From Azolla caroliniana (taxonomy: Eukaryota > Plantae > Polypodiophyta), in contig JBHGNT010000013.1 of assembly GCA_043228905.1 (NCBI GenBank), positions 15,190,001 through 15,254,000 of the forward strand: a stretch of DNA of 64,000 nucleotides, given 5' to 3'. Positions 40,101 to 51,400 of this stretch are shown here, one piece after another. The notes beneath the pieces are model-generated. The model was not told the origin of the DNA, made no database searches, and saw only the letters and a program-made list of their open reading frames with translations. The position numbers and the translations under genes were made by a program. Numbering within the stretch: the first letter of the stretch is position 1; every line of letters begins with the position of its first letter.

Positions 40101-40931
40101 GTAGTTGACCTCCTCATGCCGGCTACTCTTTTGATCCGCTCTTTGAGCTTTGTTGGTTTTTGCTTTGAGTGCCCGACAGTCAGCTTTGATGTGTCCCAGT
40201 TTCTTGCAATAGTTGCAAATTCGGTTGTCTCGGGACTTGCTCCGACTTCGCTGATTGTTTGGCGGTTGAGAAGAACGTCTTCCCCGATTGTTCGATCAGT
40301 CGATCGAACCTTGTACTACGTAAGATTCATCTGCCGAGTCTTTGGCGAAAGACTTTCTCCGAACTGCTTCAGTCAGGATTGCGCTCGTGACTTCGGAATA
40401 CTTAATGGCAGTTGTTGAAGCATTGCACACGGTTGTAACGAAAGTTTCCCATGAAGAGGGGAGACTACTCATGAGTATCATTGCTCTAAGTTCATCCTCT
40501 ATTGCGGTCCCCTGAGATGAGATTTGGGAGCTTATGGTTTTGTACTCGTTGAGGTGTGCCTGAACCGAATCAAACTCTTTCATCCGCAAGTTGTAGAGGC
40601 GCCGGATCAGATACATCTTCGTTGCGACGACCTTCTTTTCATAGGTTTCCGACAATGTTTTCCAAAGTTCAAAAGTTGTCGTGCATGATTGCACTGTGAA
40701 GTACATTGACTCCGACAAGTGCATTCGAATCGTGGCGCGGACGATTCTGTCCAGCTTTAGCCATTCATTTGCCTTGTATGCTTCTAGAGAATTTTCATTC
40801 TCAATCAGGTCTATCTGACCCTTGACTATGAGATGGTCCTGCATTTGTTCCTTCAAGAAGTTGAAGTTCGAACCGTCGAACTTCCTTAGACTCATCTCCG
40901 ATGAACCGGATGTTGATGCCATCTGCTTCAA
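37157..40931 (-). pseudogene. Disrupted gag-pol polyprotein of copia B
   Basis: Multiple stops and frameshifts; deletions in the integrase N-terminus and at RT YVDD. Confidence 0.9.
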
Positions 40932-42262
40932 TTTCGGTTGATAAGACTCGGTTCGGAGTTGACTACGAACCTTAGTGGGGTGCAGCCGGTCGGCTCACCC
41001 GATATCGTTCTAGTCGGTTTTGAACCCGAGTCGGTTTGGTTTCGGATACTTGTTGCCGAACTTGCTCGGAGTGACTACGATAACTTGAGGGACAGAACCA
41101 GTTGGTCTTCCCGAATGTTGCCGAGTCGGAATGAACTCGGTTTGCTTCTGATTGTATGCCGAATACCGATTACGAGAAACCAATTGTTTGGGCTGATTCT
41201 GCTTTGTTACCGGCCGACAAAGGAGTCCAGAGTGGGAAACGACTACTCTTATGATCCGCTCTCTGAGCTTTGTCGGTTTTTGCTTTGAGTGCCCGAGAGT
41301 TAACTTTGATGTGTCCCGGTTTCTTGGAGTAGTTGCAGATTCGGTTGTCCCGAGACTTGCTCTAGCTTCGCTGATTGTTCGGCGGTCGGGAAGAACTTCT
41401 TCCCCGGTTGTTCGATTGATCGATCGAACCTTGTACTACGTAAGATTCATCTGCCGAGTCTTTGGCGAAAGACTTTCTCCGAGCTGCTTCAATCAGAATT
41501 GCGCTCGTGATTTCGGAGTACTTAATGGCAGTTGTTGAAGCATTGCACACGGTTGTGACGAAAGTTTCCCATGAAGAGGGGAGACTACTCATGAGTATCA
41601 TTGCTCTAAGTTCATCCTCTATTGCCGTCCCCTGAGACGATATTTGGGAGCTTAGGCTTTCGTACTCGTTGAGGTGTGCCTGAACCGAATTAGATTCTTT
41701 CATCCGCAAGTTGTAGAGGCGTCGGATCAGATACATCTTCGTTGCGACGACCTTCTTTTCATAGGTTTCCGACAGTGGTTTCCAAAGTTCAAAAGTTGTC
41801 GTGCATGATTGCACTGTGAATTACACCGACTCCGACAAGTGCATCCGAATCGTGGCGGATGATTCTGTCCAGCTTTAGCCACTCGTTTGCCTTGTATGCT
41901 TCTGGAGGATTTTCATTCTCAATCAGGTCTATCTGACCCTTGACTATGAGATAGTCATGCATTTGTTCCTTCAAGAAGTTGAAGTTGGAACCGTCAAACC
42001 TCCTTAGACTCATCTCCGATAAGCTGGATGTTGATGCCATCTGATTCGGTTTCGGTTGGTAAGACTCTGTTCGGAGTTTACTAGGAACCTTAGTGGGGTG
42101 CAGTTGGTCGGCTCACCCGATATCGTTCTAGTCGGTCTTGAACCTGAGTCGGTTTGGCTTCAGATACTTGTTTGTTGAACCTTCTTGGAGTGACTCCGGT
42201 TAGCTTCCGATTGTATGCCGAATACCGATCACAAGAAATCGATTGTTTAGGCCGATTCTGCT
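40123..42262 (-). repeat. ~1.1-kb tandem duplication of leader+gag within copia B
   Basis: 40123-41205 is colinear with 41243-42262; both encode ..EMSLR(K/R)FDGSNFNFLKEQM..SSWETFVTTVCNAS.. Confidence 0.92.
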
Positions 42263-42895
42263 TCTGATGACTGCAACAATGAGAAGGACAGATCCAACTG
42301 ATCCTCCCGAATGAAGCACGAATTTGGTTGTTTCTTGGAGACCAATCTCAAGTGGTTACAATCACAGGAACAGAGTACACTCCAATTAGTGATTTAACAC
42401 AGTGAGATGCATACTTCTTGTTTGTCTTCTCTCTTCTCTTTTCTTCAAGAAAAACAGAAACAGAATGTTGTGTGGTGTACTATGACGGCCGACAGTGGGT
42501 TGAAGAACCTCCAACGCTCTGATACCAAATGTTGGGGACAAGGTCGTCAGTGCGGAAGAACAAACAACATCTGTGTTGTTGAAGGACCTGTGTATGAGAA
42601 TGAACAAGATACACACACACACACACACACACAGATAGGCACAAAGAAAACGTTTTATTTCTTAACAGCAACAATTACAAATGACCACCCCCTCAATAAA
42701 GGTTACAAAGTCACTTTATATGGTGACTATCCTAGGGCAACTACCCTTTATGCTATTTACAGAAATAGCCCAAACTTGGGCTGTCCAAAGGGATGGTGTG
42801 AATATGGCCATTATACACTTGTATTCGACAATCCAGTCTTCATCCAGTTTTCGACCGAGTGTACCATTTACCGTTATCCTGAATTCGGCCATCCA

Positions 42896-45800
42896 TGATT
42901 CTAGCCTTTCTGCCAACAACACCTTTGTCAGCATGTCGGATCCCTTCTCCGATGCGTGGATCTTCGTCAAAGCAAACTCCCCTTCTTCTACTCGTTCTCG
43001 GAGCCAATGATATTGCATTTGGATGTGTTTTATCCTCGAGTGGTAGGCCACATTCTTAGCAAGGTGGATGGTACTTTGGTTGTAACAGTAGAGTCAGAAT
43101 TCACCTTGTTGAATTCCCAGCTCTCCAACAAACTCCTTCATCCATATCATTTCCTTGTTGGCTTCGACAACCGCCATGTACTTGGCTTCCGTGGTTGGCA
43201 ATGCCACGACCTTCTACAACCTTGACTGCCACGAGATGGCTCCCCCTGCAAGTCATCACATACTCGGACGTGGACCGACTGGTATCTACATCAACCGACA
43301 TGTCTGAGTCGTTAAAGCTTTATAAGACGAGGTTACCTTAACCGAATCTAAGACACATACTCGAGGTGCCTTTCAGGTATCGAAGTATCCATTTCACTGT
43401 TGTCCAATGCTCTCTTCCGGGGTTGCTCATGTATCGATTGACAACTCAGACAACATATCCAATGTCCCGCCTAATACATAACATTGCGTACGTCAGGCTT
43501 TCGATTGTTGAGGCATAAGGAACCTTTGTCATCTTAGCTTTCTCTATATTCGTTTTTGGACATTGTGTCGACGATAGTTTGTAGCTTGTCGGGAGTGTTG
43601 AACCGACCGGTTTTGCGTTGTCCATGCCGAATCTCCGGTGCACCTTTGTCATGTACTTCTCTTGTGAAAGTTATAACAACTTATTTGTTTGATCCTGGAC
43701 TATGTGCATCCCCAAGATTTGTTTTGCCAGACCCATGTCTTTCATTGAGAACTACCTACTCAAGGCCTTTTTTAGCATTTGGATCATCACCTGGTCCTGT
43801 TTGGCAATCAACATGTCATCCACATATAGCAGGAGAATAAGACAATCGCCTCCGTCAAACTTCTTCACAAACACACAGTGGTCGGCCTGTGTTTTGTGAT
43901 ACCCTTGATCGGCCATGAAGGATTCGAACTTCCAGTACCATTGTCAGGGAGCCTGCTTCAATTTGTAAAGGCTCTTCCTCAACCGACACACCGGGTTCTC
44001 CTTTCCCTTCTCGATGAATCCTTCTAGTTGCTGCATATAGATTTCTTCCTCTAAATCCCCATGCAATAATGTCATCTTTATGTCCCTCTATTCGACTTCT
44101 AGATTCATGTTGGCCACTATGCTCAACATTATTTGGATGGACGTTGTCTTCATCACCGGAGCAAATATTACGTCAAAATCTACACCCTTCTTCTGTTGGA
44201 AGCCTTTTACGACAATTCAGGCTTTATATCTAAGGTGGATTCCCATCATCTCCCGGCTTCAGTTTATATACCCACTTGTTTCTAAGTGCCCTCTTTCCTT
44301 TCAACAACTCAGCCAGCTCATATGTGTAGTTCTCATGCAGGGAATCCATCTCGTCCTGCATGGCACTTAGCCACTCTCTATTGTGGGTATCTTTCTTTGC
44401 TTCCTCAAAGCTTTCCGGCTCCCCCTTGTCGGTTAGCAACACATATTCCTTATGCGGAAATCTTCGGGGGGGTCCTTCTCTCTCTTAGAGGGTATCGTCT
44501 TCCTCTGTTTTCCCTAGTCAGCTTGTTGGGATCTTCTTCTTCCCCATCGATTGGTTCTTCATTTGGGTTGGAGTCGGTTGCTTCTTCTTCCTCATTGGTT
44601 TTGACTCCATGTCTGAATTCTATCTACTCTCCATGTTCTTCGGTCGGTTGTCGACTTCTGACTGTTCAGAAGGGTGTGTTTGACTCTTTCTCCCATTCGA
44701 CAATAGTCTTCTCCTCCATGAAGACTATGTCTCAGCTCCGAATGACCTTCTTGTCAGTTAGGTCCCATAGTTGATAACCGAATTTGTCATCATCGTAGCC
44801 GAGAAATATGCATGGTCGAGATTTTGGATTCAATTTTCCCCTTTGATCCTTAGCCACATGCATGTAGGCAAGACAGTCAAACACCTTTAGGTGTCCGTAC
44901 GACACGTCTTTGCCGGTCCACACTCTTTGTGGGAGGTCTCCGTCCAAGAAAGTTGAGGGTGATATGTTTATCATGTACACCGATGTCCTCATCCCAGAAC
45001 ATCTTCGACAATTTCGCATGTGCTAACATACTTCAGACACTCTCCATAATGGTCTGATTCATCCTCTCGACCAGCCCATTCAGCTCTAGCACTTTCGGTA
45101 CTGTGTATTCGAGCCAAATACCTTGAGTTCGACAGTACCCTTTGAATTGTCCACGGTATTCAACGCCATTGTCCGCTCGAATTGCTTTCAGTTTTGGCCG
45201 AAGACGAAAGCCCACAACTTCCCACTACAGTCATCTATGAATGTCACGAAGTACTATGAACCAACATGTGACTTTGAGTCAACGTAGCATGCGTCGATAT
45301 GCACTATTTCTAGTAGCGTCTTCTTCCTCATCGAGGGCCTTGTTCGGAAGGAGGTTTGATTTTGCTTGCCGGCCAAGCAATTTGTGCACTTCTCAAGTTG
45401 CGCATTCTTCACCTCTGGAATGAGGTTATCATCGATAAGTCTTCGCATCCCCTTCTAGCTCATGTGACACAACCTCCTATGCAATAGCTCACTGACTATG
45501 TCGGTTGCCACATTCACCTCCTCTCAACTCAATCGAGCATGCATCAAATACAATATGTTGGTTTTCCGGGCTTGACCCACAATCACACTCCCCTTGCAGA
45601 ACTTCATGACACCGTTCTGAATGCTACCCGTGTAGCCTTCATCATCTAGCCGAATGATTGATATCATATTCAATCTAACTTCCGGAATGTGTCGTACATC
45701 TTTCAACACTAGTCGACATTTGGTTGACATTACCAGACACACATCTCTAATGACAACAATTTGCCATGCTCCATTTCCCATCTTTATAGATCCAATATCT

Positions 45801-46738
45801 CTGGCTCTATAAGATGAAAAGCATTTCCGGTCGGGGGTTAGGTGGAATGACGCACCCGAATCAACCACCCATGTCGATTCATGGCCGACAAGGTTAAGTT
45901 TGTTTTGCTCACTGATGAGAAACAACTCCTCCTCACTTGTCACGATCGCCAAGGTGTTCTTGTTGTCCGATATCTTCTTCGGCTAAACATAGTCAGCTCC
46001 CCCTTTCTCTTTTCGGAAGTGTCGACAATTTGTCAGGAAGTGCCCCGACTTCTCGCAATAGAAGCATGTGGGCCTCCCCCTCGACTTCAACCTTGTCCCT
46101 GACTTATCTCGATTCTAGGGACTTTGATTTTGGCCTCCTCCTCAATGTGTATCACTTTCCGTGACTAGGGCCTTCCGACGAGCTTCCTCATTCAGCAAGC
46201 TTGATTTCACCTTCTTTAGGGTCAGATGTTTCCCTTCCGGTCCGACAAGTCCCAGTGTGACAACGAGTGTCTCCCAACTATCCAGAAGGGATCCCAACAA
46301 TAATATTGTTAGTACCTCATCGACTAGAGGTACTTCTAGAGAGGTGGTTTGGTTGATGAGTCCTTGGAAGGCATTCAAGTACTCTACCATGCTTGAGCCA
46401 TCCTAATACCTAAGTCTCATGATTTTTCTTAAAACTCAGACTCTATTTACGACATTCTTATTGTCAAACATGATGTCGATCTTCTCCCAAAGGACTTCAA
46501 CCTTGTTCTCGTCATCAAAGTTGTTGTATAGACTCGTGTCTATAAAACACCAAATGTATGTTGTTGCCTTTAGATGCAACGCTTCCCAAGTCGATGCATC
46601 AATCATGTCCGGCCTTTTACTTCCAAAATGTATTGGTAGCCATAGGTCTTTGCACACTAGCATATCTCTCATCTCCGACTTCCACATTGAATAGTTGAAA
46701 TCGGTTAGCTTGAACATACCCCCAAATGAATCTTCCAT
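42896..46738 (-). pseudogene. Disrupted gag-pol polyprotein of copia A
   Basis: Many short ORF fragments with gag/PR/IN/RT/RH motifs. Confidence 0.9.
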
Positions 46739-46764
46739 TTTTCTGAAGTGCTCTAATACCAATT

Positions 46765-47343
46765 TGATAGAAAAATGGGATATATGGCCACAACTGAGTT
46801 CAATGCGGAATAGGGAAAACAACAAGCACAGAACAAAGAGAACAAAACCAGGAAGAATAATGCACGGGATCTTTACGTGGGAAAACCCAAATAGGGTAAA
46901 AAACTATGTGTGCCCACAAACACCAAATAAATCACTATAAGAGAGATATACAACGAAAGCGAACACACATGCATTGACCTGAGTTCGTACACCTCGTTGA
47001 CTAGCAGTTACAATAGAGACACTCTCAATGTCTCTCTCACTCTCCCATGCTTCGTCTATTTTGTAGCAAAGGAAACAACCTCGCACACGTTGTACACAGT
47101 TACATATACAACTACCACACATAGACGAACAAGACGACTCAACTGCCTTGAATGACCACTAATGCAGTTTGCCCTACTTATCTTTATACTTAGATAACTT
47201 TCGGGCTATTTACATAACTGGCCTAAGTAGGTTGTACTCAAAACCTATTTACATCTTATGGATACTCATCCGGTTTTCGACCAGGTGTACCATTTACCTT
47301 TATCTTGAATTCGGCCCATCCAAAAGGGACCTAATTCTCAACA
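46765..47343 (-). repeat. 5' LTR of copia A (579 bp)
   Basis: TGATAG..TCAACA, adjacent to PBS and TSD. Confidence 0.92.
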
Positions 47344-48418
47344 TGGTTGTCAATCACTCTTGAGCCTCTAGTTGCGCAACCCTAACCTCACTAACTCTCC
47401 TCCTAGTAACTCTTAAGTAAGAGACTATATTAAGTTCTTAGAAGAGCTTTAAAAGAACACATACACTCATATGAGTAAAGACAACCAACATCTGTGCTAA
47501 TGGCAACCTTGTCTTGATTAATATAAAAGTTCCCAAACATGCATACAAAAAGAGGAGTGATTAAGCTTACATAGCTTATTAGTGATTATCCTTAATCACT
47601 TCACTCACTTAAGTGGAAGATTAAGGAAGGGGGAGGAGAGGAAAAGTCGAGAGTGAAGAAGAGCTACAAAAATCACCAAATGTGACTTTTATAACTCTTT
47701 CGAATGAGGTTTGAGCTCATTCACATTGGGTGACCCTTTGACCTCGAGTTTCAAAGGGAGTTTTGTTCTATTACCCTTTTCTCTAATATTTCGTCGAGCA
47801 CATTCCCTATTGTGATGTTGATGTCTTCATGAATTATTTACGTACCACAGGTACTAACATAACTTACATATATTTTAAGATTCTAGATACCATAAATGCT
47901 CTCAATGCTTTCATCTAAGAGTCAACTTCAAAGTTATATAGGCTTTTTCTTGCATCTCAACCTCCCTAATAGGAGGGGTTGTTTACCATAAATATGGAAG
48001 TTATTGTCACAAGTCTTTTGTTTCCAATAAATCCATTGGAGAATTTGGTATCGCATCTATGCTAATTTTCAAATAGTTTGGTCATCTCGATATAATAACT
48101 GAAAAGACCATTGATTGTGAATCATACTTGAGCATTAGAAATGGTTGTGTATCATCCATATACAATTGTGTTTGACCATATTACATCCAATTCGAAGAAT
48201 ATTGTTTTAGCATGCAACATTCCCCACATTTGCTTATAAATATATCGAAGCATAAAATGTTCTAAGTTTTAAATGCAACATACAATGAACTAATGATGAA
48301 CGTGGGTAATTGTATCTCATTATATTTCTAAGAAACAAAATTGGAACCTTCGGAAGACCTAATGGCCTCACACATGCTCCCAAGGAATTATTAATGTACA
48401 TGTTATATGTAAAACTTT

Positions 48419-51400
48419 TTACTTTAGCTTTGATGTTTTGGTCACTGAATCTACATGTAAGACGTCATCAATACGAGCAATGATGTTAGAAGCCAAGCTC
48501 TCTAAGACCCTTGAATAGCTCTCCAAGATGGATTGGCCCACGTCCTTCAACAACACATTCATGGATTAGAAATAAGAAATCGCGTGAACAAACATACCAT
48601 TTTCGAAATCGTGTGAACAAACACACCTTTTTTCTTACTATGTGTGATCATATAAAAATAAATCATTATGTGAAAATATGATTGAAATAACATTTTTATT
48701 TTTAATCTCTACATACTCATTAACATTTGGGGAACGTGGGCACTCATGTATGGTCATTTAACTACTCAAGGTATTAACAAGCATGCCATAAACAACTTTA
48801 TTTGAGTATTGGACTCAATCACAGGTTATTAGAGTGAAACATTAGGAATAACGAAGCAATTCAACTACAATCATAGGACATACAAACCTTTGTTTGGTCT
48901 GTCCTTACCATGCTTTGTTTTAATATATTTAGTGTCTCAAACATACTAACAACTTAAAACAAATGCACACATACATTGACATGCACCAGATGCCTAACAT
49001 TGTCCTACATCCTTAGAAGTATTACCAACCTCATATAAAATGGATCTTACCTATCAAATAAATGGAATTACTGTTTTGTGTGAAATGAACACTCGAAAAA
49101 TATCATAGGATTGTTCACTTCATATAAAAAGAGGCAATACTTATATTGTCTTAAAACTATGCATGCATTATCATACTTGAGGGAAAGAGACGACATAGTT
49201 GTTAAGAATACCTTATTATATTGAATCTTGAGACGATCAAGGAGAGATTGTGGGAGATTAGGGAAGTGACGATGTAATGTGACAAGTAGGATTTCGGCAC
49301 GAGAAGCTAGGAATTCATGATGATCGAGGTCTACAAGCATGAAGTCACGCACAAGGTTTCCCCATGAGGCACGCCCATCAAACATACTCATCAAGTAATG
49401 ATGGTAGTATGTGGCACCACAACTAAAGGTATGTCGTGGTACCCTCTTGTGCATGGATCGTGACCTCAATTGACGTTTTCGTCTGCATACATGGATTGCT
49501 TCCTCTAGTCGATTTACCACTTCCAACACTTCATGATCTGATCTCAACTTAAGCATCCCCACTATCGTCTCTGGAACAAATGATTGTGATGTTATATGCT
49601 TGTACAAATGATCCCCAACACTTGCCTTACAAGTCTGCTTGATCACAACACAACCAATTTAGTTTTAGAGCCCATAACATCAATATATAAAACATATCCA
49701 CACACAATACGTGCATAGGTACATAAAAGAGCATTTTTTAGGATGGTAGGTATCGAACTATAACATTACTTTTGGAAGGTTTTCCCAATAAACATTAGGC
49801 ACTTCCATTTCGAAGAGAGTTTGGTTGTTGATGGAAAGGGTAGCCTTCAGAACTTGGTTGACACGTTCTCTTTGAACCTTGAGATGTTTTATTGTCTCGT
49901 TGGACAAACCAATATTAGGAACTTTAGGAGAGGGTAACCACCACTTCTCTTCTTGTCTATGCAATAAAGGTGTTGATAATATATCCTCATGATCACTCAT
50001 TCCATCATATTGGTCGATGTACCAAAATTCCGTAGGCATGTTGAATGTCTCTAAAGATCCCTAAAACCATGTTGCCTATCATTAAATCGGAAAGAATATA
50101 AATGTGCAAGAATGTTTACAAAAACTAAAGTAATATGTATTTAATTAACTTGAAGTTGTCACAAACAACGAATGCATGGCGGGATGCTTGCTATGTATGA
50201 TGTGTCTAGAGAGGAGGAGCAAGGGACATTTGGTTTAAAGGTAACAATTCACAATATACAAGTACAAATACAAATAATTGAGCTTCTAGCGAGGTTTCAT
50301 TTCAATGAAGTCTAGATGCAAAATACGTGGGTCAATGTAAAAGGCATGTAGGGGGAGTAAAACCTAACCCTCCCAAAAAAACTTAAAGTCCTCACATAGA
50401 CAATAGGGTATGTTTATGTCCCATGGACCTTGGGGATATAGTTGAAGGACATACATGAATACAAGTGTTTGGTATCCTAGTGAACAATCGTAGACACAAC
50501 CATTGTTGTGGATTCATCATAGAAAATATAATCATATGTTGGGATGACCACTCCCATCATGCTACAATTGACACATCCTACACACCACAGGTTGTCAAGC
50601 AAATGGGCATAGAAATGAATGCACCATCTTACAATCAACTATGTCCGGTCCTCGAATGATGGTGGCCCATTAGACGGGATCGAACAAACATCAACCTCCT
50701 CAAGGTGAACAAACACTATGACACGAAAGAGATAACTTCTGGACAAAGCAGATACATGTTCTTTTATTTCATTGAAAACCTAGCCATTATGCCTCCCCAC
50801 CCAATCCAATCCTAACTTCTTCTTCTTCATAACCTCCTTCTACATCCCTAATTGCCTTTTGCTAATCACCTCCTTTTTATTATCCTTAATTGCCTTGCTA
50901 ATCACCTCCTTTGTTTATCCCTAATTTCCTTTGCTAATCACCTCCTTTGTTTATCCCTAATTTCCTTTGCTAATCACCTCCTTTGCTTATCCCTAATTGC
51001 CTTGCTAATCACATCCTTTTTCTATCCACAATTGCGTTGCTAATCGTACATAGTAATCTTAATTAGCACCTTGCTAATTGCATTATTTTACTCCTAATCA
51101 CCTTCTTTTTATTGCTAATCACTCTCTCTTAAGCCTGTTAGAATGCAGAATGGTGATGGAGCCTCACCAGAAGCATAGCGTCCAGCTTTCTTAGCGCAGG
51201 AAGGTTGATCTGCAGATCGGAGCGCGGTCGGCTCACCATCACCTGCGAATCGAACAGAGATGATGACGGTGAACATGAAGATTATGGCGAAGCTCATCAG
51301 GTGGCTCAAAGACAGGAGGGAAGTAAACAGAGGGAAAACGATCACTTCAGTTATATAGTTGAAAATGATGGCAGTGGAAGAAAGACAGATAACGGAGAAA

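Larger units (their letters stand above)
36669..42830 (-). mobile_element. Ty1/copia LTR retrotransposon B nested in the 3' LTR of A (defective)
   Basis: LTRs 36669-36961 and 42530-42830 (TGTTG..CGACA). tRNA-iMet PBS TGGTATCAGAGC at 42516-42527; PPT GGGGGAG at 36962-36968; TSD ATCCG/ATCCA. Fragments of gag (KFDGSNF), protease, integrase (LRTDNGGEF), RT (YKARLVAKGF) and RNase H (YTDSDFAG, KHIDVRYHF). Confidence 0.95.
36164..47343 (-). mobile_element. Ty1/copia LTR retrotransposon A (outer, Tork/Tnt1-like, defective)
   Basis: TG..CA ends with TSD TGGTT on both sides. 5' LTR 46765-47343; PBS TGGTATTAGAG at 46751-46761; 3' LTR split into 36164-36668 and 42831-42895. Fragmented gag (MEDSFGGMFKL), protease (WVVDSGAS), integrase (IRADNGVEY), RT (LLYVDDML at ~43810-43835) and RNase H (KHIQMQYHW) in copia order. 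Confidence 0.95.

Noticed and set aside
42716-43051. Novel 111-aa protein
   Set aside because: Chimera of copia RNase H reading through a deletion into LTR sequence
50848-51122. 36-bp repeats as a CRISPR array or repeat protein
   Set aside because: Head-to-tail units without unique spacers, no cas genes, located in a plant intron
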